Shown: piece by piece, positions 9,275 to 19,148 of the stretch
Position numbering within the stretch: the stretch's first letter is position 1
Layout of the letters: each line of letters starts with the position of its first letter
NCBI GenBank assembly: GCA_050253075.1
Contig: JBFWJS010000001.1
Span: 96,001 to 160,000, forward strand
Direction of reading: 5' to 3'
DNA from: Deferribacterales bacterium
GTDB taxonomy: Bacteria > Chrysiogenota > Deferribacteres > Deferribacterales > Geovibrionaceae
DNA length: 64,000 bases
Notes under the pieces: generated by a model
The model's database searches: none
Seen by the model: the letters and a program-made list of their open reading frames with translations, nothing else
What the model was told of the DNA's origin: nothing
Made by a program: the position numbers and the translations under genes

Positions 9275-11371
9275 CTATTCGTTTGCGTTCAGCAGCCTTA
9301 GTTTGAATTCTATCCTTCTGTTGAGTTTGCGCCCCTCTCTAGTCGCATTGCTGTGCAGAGGCTCTGTTTCGCCTTTGCCGTATGTCGCAATGTTTTCGGC
9401 AGGTACACCTAGAGCAACCAGCCTGTTATAGACAGATTTCGCTCTCTCGCCCGACAGCTTTTTGTTAAAAGCCGCCCTTCCGCTGGTATCGGTATGCCCG
9501 ATGATCTCCAGTCTGTAATTATCTACCTTTTTCAGCTCTTCCGCTATCTGATTCACCACCCCATAGGATGACTTCGTCAGCTTAGCCGAGTTCAGCTGAA
9601 AGAGTATGTTTGAAAAATTAAATGTCTGTACGGGTGCATCTTTTATAAGCATAACTTCGTCAGACTTTTCCTCTGCTGCGGGTGCCGACTGCTCCGGCTC
9701 ACCGAGAGAATCAGGCTCGCCCAGACTTTCCGCATCGCCGAGGGTGTCGAGCTCCAGCGAGCTCTGCATAGGCTTGATATAAGGCTCGATAACATCAGGA
9801 GTCTTATATCCGAGCTGTACGTCTGTGTAATCCACACAGCCTGTAATGTTGTTATCATCGTAAAAGAGAGAGTTATCACACTGGTCATACTCGTCTTTTA
9901 CAATGTCAGAGTCACGGTTGTCTTCGAGCTCGGGGCTCTTTTTCAGCATGTCGATGGTGAATGTGCTGTCTGTGACGCCTGTCTTTTTGATGAGGTCTGT
10001 CTTGTACTCGTATATAAGTATACCGGTGACATACAGCACTCTGTATTTCGCTACCAGAGCCGAGAAGCGGGATTCTATCCTTGCCTCCTTCGCTGACTGG
10101 AACTCATTTTCCATATCAAGCAGCTCCACAAGGGTTCTCCTGCCGAGCTGATATTCTTCTTTAAAGGCATCGAGGGTTTTACCCGTAAGGTCGAGGTGTT
10201 CTTCGAGAAACTGTTTCTTGCTCTCCTCAGACATCATAATATTATAAGCGAGTCTCACGGATTCGTTCAGGTTTCTTCTCTCGATGTATGCTCTCTCGTT
10301 TTCTTTGAGGATGTCGGCATAGTTCTTCTTTTTCATGTTTCCACGGGAACCGCCGTCATAGATATCATATCTAAAATATACCATAGCGCTGGCACTTTTG
10401 GTGTCACCTTCATCACCGCCGGTGTTATTCATATAATCCGCACGGAGCTCTGCATCCACCTTCGGCATATAAAGGGCTTCTGTTCTTTTCAGGGTATATT
10501 TCTTAACCAGAATGTTATACTTCGCCACCTGTATCGCAGGGTACTTTTCCAGCGAGAAGTTCACGAGTGTACCGATATCTTCGGGGAATTCATACATTCT
10601 GTTAGGCATTTCAAATTTGTCAGGATGGACATATCGTCCGAGGTGTTTGTGAAGCCTCACCAGTGCCTGTTTCAGGTTCTGCTGCTGGCTGACGACGTTT
10701 GCTCTGGCGAGGGACAGACGGGACTGAGAGTTGATCAGGTCTGATCTGCGTCCGAATCCTGCGTCGGTCTTTTCCTTTATCTGTGCGAGGATCTGCGCCT
10801 GAGTGTATACATTGTCCATATACAGCTTCAGCAGTTCACGCTCTTTAAGCACGCCCAGATAAGCCTCTGTGGCGGCGATGAAAACTTCGTTAGCAACATT
10901 CAGCACTTCATAGGCTGCTGCCATCTTTCTGGCTCTCACCTCTTCGACATAGCTGTCTGTGCGCTTTCCGTCATAGATATTCTGTCTGGCATAAACACCG
11001 GCGGTGCCTGCATTAAGATTTCTGCTTTCGTCATCGGTGTCCACACCGTTGGTGTATTCCCTTCCGGCAGACATCTCAACGCCCATATTAGGCCTTTTGC
11101 CGCTTTTCGCCGCTTCGAGCTCGTACTTGAGCCCCTCAAGCACCTGAAATGCTTCGAGTATCTGCGGGTGTGTGGATACGACTTCGTTAAGAAGGTCGTC
11201 TATGAGGAACGGGCCGGTATTATCATACCTGGCTGCTTCAACATCGAGCACACCGGTATTATCAAAGGCAAAGCCGTTCGTAGATTCGATATCATCTGCG
11301 TATGCATTCGTAAATGCAAACATGCACAGTACGGTCAGGATAACGTGTAGTAAACGTTTTTCCAGCATCAT
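9275..11371 (-). CDS. lapE: TolC-family outer membrane channel fused to a C-terminal OmpA-like domain
   Basis: Signal peptide, TolC repeats (GRRTLVELLDMENE), C-terminal GHTD...NxxLSxxRA...NRRIE OmpA motif. Confidence 0.85.
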   Translation of the reverse strand: MMLEKRLLHVILTVLCMFAFTNAYADDIESTNGFAFDNTGVLDVEAARYDNTGPFLIDDLLNEVVSTHPQILEAFQVLEGLKYELEAAKSGKRPNMGVEMSAGREYTNGVDTDDESRNLNAGTAGVYARQNIYDGKRTDSYVEEVRARKMAAAYEVLNVANEVFIAATEAYLGVLKERELLKLYMDNVYTQAQILAQIKEKTDAGFGRRSDLINSQSRLSLARANVVSQQQNLKQALVRLHKHLGRYVHPDKFEMPNRMYEFPEDIGTLVNFSLEKYPAIQVAKYNILVKKYTLKRTEALYMPKVDAELRADYMNNTGGDEGDTKSASAMVYFRYDIYDGGSRGNMKKKNYADILKENERAYIERRNLNESVRLAYNIMMSEESKKQFLEEHLDLTGKTLDAFKEEYQLGRRTLVELLDMENEFQSAKEARIESRFSALVAKYRVLYVTGILIYEYKTDLIKKTGVTDSTFTIDMLKKSPELEDNRDSDIVKDEYDQCDNSLFYDDNNITGCVDYTDVQLGYKTPDVIEPYIKPMQSSLELDTLGDAESLGEPDSLGEPEQSAPAAEEKSDEVMLIKDAPVQTFNFSNILFQLNSAKLTKSSYGVVNQIAEELKKVDNYRLEIIGHTDTSGRAAFNKKLSGERAKSVYNRLVALGVPAENIATYGKGETEPLHSNATREGRKLNRRIEFKLRLLNANE

Positions 11372-11537
11372 AATAAATTCTCCCCGATATTTGCGCTTCA
11401 GACTTATAAATAAATGAGCATGACGCCCTCAGCACAAATTAATAATTAAGCTACATAGCTATAAATCATTATACGAAAATAATGTACCGGTATCAAACTA
11501 CCAGAAATGCTATGTCAGCATAATATGTAAAATCCGT

Positions 11538-12896
11538 TTACATGCCGCTCATGGCAAGATACGACAAAGGCTCTGCAAATGTCGGGTGAGCGTGCATAGT
11601 TTCTTTAACCTGCTTAACTGTAAGCCTGTTTTGAACTGCCATTACCAGTTCATGGATTATCTCAGTGGCGCAATCGCCGAGGATCACTCCTCCGGCTATC
11701 ACATCGGACTTTTTATAAACAAATAATTTAAACATACCGACGGGGGTTTTGTCCGTTATCGGTCTCCCTTTCATCAGCCCCGGTACATGAAGCACCTTTA
11801 TATCATCGTCCGCTTTCACGATACCGACAGATGCCATCTCGGGGTGACTAAAGACTACCCTCGGCACAGCCCTCTCGTCAAGGGACATAGACCCGTTATT
11901 TAATATATTCGCAGCACAGACCTCGCCTTCGTATGCGGCCGAATGCGCAAACATCCATCCGCCTATACTGTCGCCTGCGGCGTATATGTCAGGATTAGAG
12001 CTCTGGAGGTATTCGTTAACCTTAACGGCGTCCCTCTCAATCTCTACGCCTGCTTTATCCAATGAGAGCGTACCCAGATTAGGCTTTCGTCCGATGCTTA
12101 TCAGCACCATGTCATAAACCTCTGCATCTGACTGACCTTTAAAGCGCACCTCCGCCTTCCCGCCAGATACATTCAGGCTCTCCATCATAGTATCCACGGC
12201 TACGTCTATCCCCTCTGCCTGAAAGCGATCTTTGAGCATGTTTGCTGCGTCTGCATCGTCATTAGGGATGAGCTGGCTCATCGCCTCGACAATCTTAACC
12301 ATGCTGCCGAAGGTGTTATACATAGTGGCAAACTCACAGCCGATGGCACCGCCTCCGATGATAAGTAGCTTTTCGGGGAGTTTCTCATTTTCGAGCATCA
12401 TGTCGCTGTTCATCACGATCTTTCCGTCGAAAGGCGCAAAAGGGAGCTCTCTGGAAACAGAGCCCGTGGCTATGATGATCTTCTCTCCACAGACGGTTTC
12501 TGTCGTTCCGTCATCCTTTGTTACTATAACCTCATTCGCAGAGGCAAATGCCCCCCTGCCGAATACGAAGTGCGCACCGGAATTTTCAGACATCATGCCT
12601 ATCCCGCCTCGGAGCTTTGCTATCCCTTCGTTCACGGATGCTTTTACTTTTGCAAGGTCGACAGGCTCCGCAGAAGCAGACAGACCAAACATGGAAGCCT
12701 TCTTCGCATAGCGGTAAACCGAGGCAGATTTCAGAAAAGATTTGGTCGGCATGCAGCCCGCATTAAGACATACACCGCCCAGACGCTCTTTCTTATCCTG
12801 CACTATGCAGACCTTTTTCCCGGCTTTGACCAGCCTGAATCCTGCGTCCAGACCGCCGGGGCCTCCGCCTATCACAACGACATCAAACTTACCCAT
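11538..12896 (-). CDS. lpdA: Dihydrolipoamide dehydrogenase-family flavoprotein disulfide reductase (stand-alone)
   Basis: GGGPGG, redox disulfide GGVCLNAGCMP, GGGAIGCEFA, C-terminal HPTFAE. Confidence 0.8.
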   Translation of the reverse strand: MGKFDVVVIGGGPGGLDAGFRLVKAGKKVCIVQDKKERLGGVCLNAGCMPTKSFLKSASVYRYAKKASMFGLSASAEPVDLAKVKASVNEGIAKLRGGIGMMSENSGAHFVFGRGAFASANEVIVTKDDGTTETVCGEKIIIATGSVSRELPFAPFDGKIVMNSDMMLENEKLPEKLLIIGGGAIGCEFATMYNTFGSMVKIVEAMSQLIPNDDADAANMLKDRFQAEGIDVAVDTMMESLNVSGGKAEVRFKGQSDAEVYDMVLISIGRKPNLGTLSLDKAGVEIERDAVKVNEYLQSSNPDIYAAGDSIGGWMFAHSAAYEGEVCAANILNNGSMSLDERAVPRVVFSHPEMASVGIVKADDDIKVLHVPGLMKGRPITDKTPVGMFKLFVYKKSDVIAGGVILGDCATEIIHELVMAVQNRLTVKQVKETMHAHPTFAEPLSYLAMSGM

Positions 12897-13254
12897 TAAC
12901 TCTCTCCGATGCTTAATTCTATTTATAACCTTAGCTTATAAACATATAACTTGTTAATTATCAATCTAATACATCATTCATTATACACTATTTGGGAGAC
13001 ATTGTTAAATATTTATTCACAAATGTCGAAAATCATTTTTTATAACCATCCAACTTTGTTTGTAAACCGCATATAATATATGTATACTCTTCAGGATAGA
13101 CATAGTCTTTTATTGCCTACATATCATTTCTTGATTGGGATATGTTTTATCATCTTTACTTATTCTTTATGCATATTTTTGAACCTATAAGATCGCACTT
13201 TTGCGCACGAGAATTTTGCAGAAATATTTTTTCGTACATATCGGGGGAAAGAAA

Positions 13255-15861
13255 ATGTATCAGGAAGAGACAGTTACGTACAAAGACGTCCAGATCCCAA
13301 AGTCTCTGGCAGGCATCATCACACACATGAAGAGCGTTGAGGACTACCGAGAGGAGCTGAGGATACTCGCAGGGCAGTGGGACCTGCTCACCATACTCGG
13401 ACAGATAAGCGGCACAGGGACAAACATGACAGGCACGAGAGAAGGCTTTAAGATGCTCACGAATGAGCTCCTCAGCCAGCTCGGTCTGGAAAACCTGAAA
13501 AAAGCGTCTCAGGAAATAGGCTCAAAGGCACAGGTCGCCGTCGATATCGTCATCAGAAACCTATTCGAAAGGACAGCCGACATCGGCTTCCTAGCCACAG
13601 ACGACGACATCCGAAACTTCATCACGGAAATGGAGCGTCTGGACAAGCTCACGCAGGATCAATGCGCCGAAGAGAACATCAACAAAACACAGATAAGAGA
13701 AGACATGAGATCGGCACTTATCGAGCGCTTCAACGAATACACAAAGAAGTACTCGGTATATTTCGACATAATCCTCTTGGATACGCAGGGTAACCTGCTC
13801 TGCCAGATGGATACGGAAAGCAAACTGACAAAATCATACGACTCAATTATAAAAGAATCACTCACCACTGACAAAGAATACGTCGAAGTTTTCAAGACCA
13901 CAGACCTATTGCCCGGCAAAGGCGATTCGCTGATATATGCATATAGGGTGACGGCCACAAACGATGCGAAATCCCGCAAGCTGGGGGTGCTCTGCCTCTG
14001 CTTCCGCTTTGAAAATGAGATGGAGGGGATATTCCGAAATCTCTCAAACGCCGACGACTGGTCCGTCATAACCCTGCTGGATAAAGACGGTATCGTTATC
14101 GCCAGCTCCAGCGGTCATCAGGTGCCCGTGGGCTCACAGATGGCAATGGTGAAAGATAGGGATTACGACATCGTCCGCTTCGCAGGGCGTCTTTACCTAG
14201 CCAAGACATGCGCCACAAAGGGCTATCAGGGATTCTTCGGACTCGGATGGCACGGACATGTACTGATACCGATAGAGCAGGCATTCTCTGCATCTGGAAG
14301 CAGCAACGGCATCAGCGAAGACATCCTCCACGCAGTCATGGACGACCCGAAGCTCTTTTCGAAAGAACTGCGGGACATCCCCGTACAGGCAGACCGCATA
14401 CAGAGCGAACTGGAAAGAACCGTCTGGAACGGAAACATCACGGGAAACGACCCGAAATCAAAGATTCTCCTCTGGAACATTTCCGATGCGGGGCTGAAGA
14501 CGAAAAAGGTTTTCGAAGACTCCATAGGAAACCTGCACGAGACAGTCATCACATCCGTAATGAATAATGTGTGGTTCTGGGCTGCGCTATCCGTAGATAT
14601 CATGGACAGAAACCTCTATGAAAGGGCAAACGACTGCCGCTGGTGGGCACTGACGTCAAAGTTCCGCGACATTATGTCTCAGGGGCATGTCACCCCGGAG
14701 AATAAGGCATCCATGGCATCCATCCTAAAATACATAAACAACCTCTATACGGTTTATACAAACATATTCCTCTATGATAAATCAGGCACGATACTCGCCG
14801 TCTCAAACGAGGCGGAACAGCAGATTGTCGGACAAAAGATACACCACACATGGGCGAGGGAGACACTCACACTGAAAGACTCGCAGAAATACTCAGTATC
14901 TCCTTTTGAGGTATCCGAGTATTACGACAACCGTCACACATACATCTACGGCGCATCCATAACAAACCTCGAAACCCACGAAGTGCTCGGCGGTATCGGC
15001 ATAGTTTTCGACAGCGAGCCACAGTTCGAGGCTATGCTCGAGGATTCTCTGCCGAGAGATACGAAAGGAAACGTCATCGAAGGGTGCTTCGGTGTTTTCG
15101 CATGCCGAAACGGAAAGGTGGTCAGCTCCACATGCAGTACCATAAAACCGGGTGATCAGCTTCAGGTACCGAAAAAGCTGTTTGAGATGCCATGCGGAAA
15201 GGGCTCGTCAGAGATAATAACATACAACGGCGCATACTACGCCGTAGGCGCACACACCAGCGCAGGATACAGAGAATATAAAGTTTACGACAACTACCGC
15301 AACGACGTTATCGGCTTCACCTTCATGCCGCTGGCACAGGTAAAGGACGAGGCTCTTAAACCTGTCAGAAAGCGTGAGATGCGCATAGACGTCCGCTCTG
15401 ATTCCAGAGGCGGAGACACCATAGAGGTGGCGACATTCTACATAGGCTCACGCTGGCTCGGCATACGTGCAGAGCATGTCGTCGAATCTGTCACCCCCGA
15501 GGGGATAACCATCGTCCCCGGTGCATGCCAGTTTGTTAAAGGGCAGATAATATATAAAAACGTCCCCACGGTGATACTCGACATCCGCTCCATCCTCGAA
15601 GAAGAGCCGAGGGGCGTGGATAAAGACACACAGATAATAATAGTCCAGACGGGAAAGATGAAGATCGGCCTGCTGGTGGACGGGCTGGGCGAGATACCCG
15701 AGATACCAATGCACAGAGTGGAGGAGCCCGAACATCTGATAGAGAAGCATACCAGATACACCGACGTGGTAATAAAACCAGACCCGAAATCGGCAAATCA
15801 GGAGATACTGGTAGTGCTTCACCCCGACGGTCTGGTGGACTGCATAAGGGATCTTATCTGA
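13255..15861 (+). CDS. Soluble tandem Cache-like domain protein with C-terminal CheW domain
   Basis: Internal duplication (RNLFERTAD / RNLYERAND), no TM segment seen, C-terminal CheW-like region (ATFYIG...GLLVDGLGEI); start chosen from the GGGGGA RBS. Confidence 0.8.
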   Translation: MYQEETVTYKDVQIPKSLAGIITHMKSVEDYREELRILAGQWDLLTILGQISGTGTNMTGTREGFKMLTNELLSQLGLENLKKASQEIGSKAQVAVDIVIRNLFERTADIGFLATDDDIRNFITEMERLDKLTQDQCAEENINKTQIREDMRSALIERFNEYTKKYSVYFDIILLDTQGNLLCQMDTESKLTKSYDSIIKESLTTDKEYVEVFKTTDLLPGKGDSLIYAYRVTATNDAKSRKLGVLCLCFRFENEMEGIFRNLSNADDWSVITLLDKDGIVIASSSGHQVPVGSQMAMVKDRDYDIVRFAGRLYLAKTCATKGYQGFFGLGWHGHVLIPIEQAFSASGSSNGISEDILHAVMDDPKLFSKELRDIPVQADRIQSELERTVWNGNITGNDPKSKILLWNISDAGLKTKKVFEDSIGNLHETVITSVMNNVWFWAALSVDIMDRNLYERANDCRWWALTSKFRDIMSQGHVTPENKASMASILKYINNLYTVYTNIFLYDKSGTILAVSNEAEQQIVGQKIHHTWARETLTLKDSQKYSVSPFEVSEYYDNRHTYIYGASITNLETHEVLGGIGIVFDSEPQFEAMLEDSLPRDTKGNVIEGCFGVFACRNGKVVSSTCSTIKPGDQLQVPKKLFEMPCGKGSSEIITYNGAYYAVGAHTSAGYREYKVYDNYRNDVIGFTFMPLAQVKDEALKPVRKREMRIDVRSDSRGGDTIEVATFYIGSRWLGIRAEHVVESVTPEGITIVPGACQFVKGQIIYKNVPTVILDIRSILEEEPRGVDKDTQIIIVQTGKMKIGLLVDGLGEIPEIPMHRVEEPEHLIEKHTRYTDVVIKPDPKSANQEILVVLHPDGLVDCIRDLI

Positions 15862-15923
15862 TACCTTTGCTCAATATCATCAAAAGCTGTTGAAAAACTT
15901 TGATTGGTGATATAAGAGAAAGT

Positions 15924-17651
15924 ATGAAAAACTTGAAACGACTCTGGAAATATTTCAGAGGGCAGAAATTTTATATAATAATGGCTATGGTGTGCAGCAG
16001 CATCGTCTCCGCAACAGACGGTGCCGCTGCCTATATAGTTAAAGATATACTCGACGGCATCTTTATAAACAAAGATGTCTCTATGCTGAAGCTCATTCCG
16101 CTCCTCATGATAGCTATATACCTTGTGCGCTTTGTAGGGCGCATATTCCAGTCATACTTTATACAATACGCAGGCTATCACGCTGTCCAGCAGGTGCGTG
16201 AGGCACTGTATGAAAAGCTGATCTACATGCCCATGCGATTCTATGACAACAACGACACGGGCGCACTCATGACCCGCATCATAAACGACGTGGCTATGCT
16301 GCATAACGCTATCCCCGCTGCGCTGAAAATATTCCGAAGCGGACTTTCAGTCTTTTTCCTCATCGGCGTGGTGATGTATCAGGACCCCGTGCTCGGCTCG
16401 AGCATATTCGTCGCCATACCTGTCATGGCGTACATCATCGACAAGACAGGGCGAAAGGTAAAGCAATACAGCAAAAAACGTCAGGAAAAGATAAGCGAAC
16501 TGGGCAAGGCTCTGCAGGAGACGCTGACAGGCATCTCAGTGGTAAAATCCTTTGCGAAGGAAGAGAAAGAGGAGAAGAAGTTCTTCAAGCTGAACGGAGT
16601 AGCACTCGTCTACAGACTGAAGCAGGTATTGGTGACATCCCTCAGCTCACCTTTCATGGAGTCTCTCGCAGGATTCGCCGCCGCACTCATACTCTTTTAC
16701 GGCGGTCTGAAAGTTATCAACGGAGAGACCACCCCGGGTACATTCTTCTCATTCCTCACGGCTTTCGGCCTTATGTTTGAACCATTTAAAAATATAAACA
16801 ACGACAATGTGACCGTACAGTCCGCCATAGCGGCATCCGAGCGCATCTTTGAGATAATAGACACCAACAACGACATACTCGAAAACGACGGCACGATTGA
16901 ATGCGACGCCAAAGGCAAGGACATCACATTTGAAAATGTCTCATTCGCCTATAACGCCGAAGACGGAGACGTGCTGAAAGGGATAAACCTGACGGTGAAA
17001 TCCGGCTCGACAGTGGCTCTGGTCGGGGCGAGCGGTGCGGGCAAAAGCACCATAGCGTCTATTATCCCCCGCTTTTACGACATCAGAGAGGGCTCTGTGA
17101 AGATAGGCGGCACAGACATCAGAGATTTTAAAGTGCACAGCCTCAGAAAAAACATCGGCATAGTGTCACAGGACACATTCCTCTTCAACACCAGCCTGAG
17201 GGAAAACATAGCCTACGGAACAGGCGAAGACGACATGGAAAAGATCAGAGCGGCGGCAGACTCTGCCTTTGCTCTGCAGTTTATAGAAGAGCTAGAAGAA
17301 GGCTTCGACACCCTCGCAGGACAGCGTGGAGACAGGCTCTCCGGCGGACAGAAGCAAAGGGTGACGATAGCCCGTGCGCTCCTTTCAAACCCGCCTCTGC
17401 TCATTCTCGACGAGGCGACCAGCGCATTGGATACTGAATCCGAGCGTATGGTTCAGCAGGCTCTGACGAACCTTATGAAGGGTCGTACAAGTATCGTGAT
17501 AGCACACAGGCTGTCGACAATACTTAATGCGGATATGATTGTTGTCCTTGAAAATGGCGAGATACAGGCGACGGGGACACACGATGAACTTCTGAAAAAG
17601 TCTGAGATATACGCAAGGCTCTGCGAGCTTCAGTTCACGACGACGGGCTGA
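15924..17651 (+). CDS. msbA: Lipid A flippase-type ABC exporter
   Basis: TM domain plus GASGAGKS, LSGGQKQR, LDEATSALD. Confidence 0.78.
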   Translation: MKNLKRLWKYFRGQKFYIIMAMVCSSIVSATDGAAAYIVKDILDGIFINKDVSMLKLIPLLMIAIYLVRFVGRIFQSYFIQYAGYHAVQQVREALYEKLIYMPMRFYDNNDTGALMTRIINDVAMLHNAIPAALKIFRSGLSVFFLIGVVMYQDPVLGSSIFVAIPVMAYIIDKTGRKVKQYSKKRQEKISELGKALQETLTGISVVKSFAKEEKEEKKFFKLNGVALVYRLKQVLVTSLSSPFMESLAGFAAALILFYGGLKVINGETTPGTFFSFLTAFGLMFEPFKNINNDNVTVQSAIAASERIFEIIDTNNDILENDGTIECDAKGKDITFENVSFAYNAEDGDVLKGINLTVKSGSTVALVGASGAGKSTIASIIPRFYDIREGSVKIGGTDIRDFKVHSLRKNIGIVSQDTFLFNTSLRENIAYGTGEDDMEKIRAAADSAFALQFIEELEEGFDTLAGQRGDRLSGGQKQRVTIARALLSNPPLLILDEATSALDTESERMVQQALTNLMKGRTSIVIAHRLSTILNADMIVVLENGEIQATGTHDELLKKSEIYARLCELQFTTTG

Positions 17652-18140
17652 TCACTTATCAATAGCGACGTTCACCGGCTTCGGCTTTAATATTCTTATC
17701 AGGTCGGCTGTTTTCATGCTGACGAGGAACCCTCTCTTACCGCCGTTTATATATATATTCTCGATATCGGCGATCGTTGATTCCATATAGACGGGCATCT
17801 TCCTCTTCGTACCGAAGGGTGATGTCCCGCCCACGAGATAACCCGTATGTTTGTTCGCAATTTCAGGTAGACATGGCATCAGTGTTTTCACACCTATCTC
17901 GCGGGCGAGGTTTTTTGTGGATATATCTTTGTCCCCGTGCATCAGCACTACACAGGGTTCGGATTTTTCATTTTCTAATATTATGGTCTTTATAACAGTG
18001 CTGAGGTCTGCACCCAGAACCTCCGAAGAGTGCTTTGCTCCGCCCTTTTCCACATAGTCGTATACATGGGGGACGAAATCGGCTTTATTAGCCCTCAGCT
18101 CTCTCACGGCGGGAGTCACAGGATACTTTTCCTTAGCCAT
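17652..18140 (-). CDS. ybaK: Cys-tRNA(Pro) deacylase
   Basis: VTPAV, VIKT, GYLVGGTSPFG, INGGKRG. Confidence 0.92.
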   Translation of the reverse strand: MAKEKYPVTPAVRELRANKADFVPHVYDYVEKGGAKHSSEVLGADLSTVIKTIILENEKSEPCVVLMHGDKDISTKNLAREIGVKTLMPCLPEIANKHTGYLVGGTSPFGTKRKMPVYMESTIADIENIYINGGKRGFLVSMKTADLIRILKPKPVNVAIDK

Positions 18141-18141
18141 T

Positions 18142-18678
18142 TTATGCTCCGAGCATGAGGTTCATCTTCCCCCATGCGAAATCTCTTAGCTCTCTGTCTT
18201 CGCTGCGTATGGCGTCTGTCAGTGCGAGCAGTTCGTAAAGCTGAAAGTCGTTCATGGCTGCCTTTGGTGCGGATGTGTACAGAGGCTTTATACTCGCCCC
18301 GACATATTCACCCACCTCCAGCTCCCACACGGGTATGAACCCGCCTGTGAACCTGTATCCCTCGAAGAGATGCTCCACCCCGTATGAGGTAGGCAGTCCC
18401 TTTGCGGGCTTGCCGTATACAGCGGGGAAGACATACATTATCCCGTGCTGCATAAACTCTTTCAGAGCTTCGATATCCGGCAGATGGAGTTTTTGTTCTG
18501 CTCCGCCCATATCCATCCTCAACTCCGACAGCAGATTACACCTTTTCAGCCTCTTAACGCCCGAATGCACCTCTGACGGGCTCATCCCGAGCTCGAGGGC
18601 AACTTCGCTGTATTTCCATTCTCTCTGATGCATGGTAACTATTTTAAGCATTATCATAACATCCTGAGGTTTCAGCAT
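18142..18678 (-). CDS. Winged-HTH protein of the 'LKPQD' family (antitoxin-like regulator)
   Basis: N-terminal HTH YSEVALELGMSPSEVHSGVKRL; HGIMYVFPA, GLPT, PLY, LYELLALTDAIR motifs; GGAG RBS before MLKPQD. Confidence 0.65.
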   Translation of the reverse strand: MLKPQDVMIMLKIVTMHQREWKYSEVALELGMSPSEVHSGVKRLKRCNLLSELRMDMGGAEQKLHLPDIEALKEFMQHGIMYVFPAVYGKPAKGLPTSYGVEHLFEGYRFTGGFIPVWELEVGEYVGASIKPLYTSAPKAAMNDFQLYELLALTDAIRSEDRELRDFAWGKMNLMLGA

Positions 18679-18744
18679 GACAGCTCCGTATTCAGCGTTC
18701 GAGTGCAAAGCGGGGCGAACCCCACTCCGCAGCAACTGATAAAC

Positions 18745-18775
18745 TTATAACACACTTATTCGCGAATCGCAAATA
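18745..18775 (-). promoter_or_regulatory. Sigma70-like promoter overlapped by a 19-bp palindromic operator
   Basis: Minus strand TTGCGA-17nt-TATAAG; palindrome TATTCGCGA-A-TCGCAAATA (8/9 arm match) covers the -35. Confidence 0.6.
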
Positions 18776-18861
18776 GAAAATTACAAATCTGCATAAAAAA
18801 TATTGGGAGCCGCAGCGAGCCGTTTAAAAGATTTGCTGCTACGAAAAATATTTAAGATAAG

Positions 18862-19008
18862 AAAAGGTAACCGTCACTCTGAGGAGTGAAGCGACGTGAG
18901 AGTCTCATAGCCTCTGATGATCAAGGCTTTATAGTCACTGTGACTAAAAGAGCTTAATAAGCAGTAGTCTGAGATTCTTACGCCTGTAAACAGGCTCAGA
19001 ATGACAAG
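18862..19008. repeat. CGTC-type palindromic repeat, long copy A (near-identical to 31673-31864)
   Basis: Ends GTCACTCTGAG...CTCAGAATGAC; 4 mismatches over about 119 nt versus copy B. Confidence 0.9.
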
Positions 19009-19018
19009 AAGATGTTTT

Positions 19019-19101
19019 CGTCATCCTTAGGCTTTAGTCGAAGGATCTGAACGCATGGACTCTCTGATGGTATCAGATTCTTCACTCAGCTCAGAATAAC
19101 G
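19019..19101. repeat. CGTC-type palindromic repeat
   Basis: CGTCATCCT...GAAGGATCTGA...TCAGATTCTTC...CTCAGAATAACG. Confidence 0.75.
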
Positions 19102-19148
19102 TAGCCGGTTTAAAAAATCACATATTCAGCTTTAGGATTGTTTTCGGC

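Noticed and set aside
18862..19101. Repeat clusters here and at 31500-31864 considered as CRISPR arrays
   Set aside because: No regularly spaced identical 25-45-nt repeats with unique spacers and no cas1 or effector genes; these are palindromic REP-like elements
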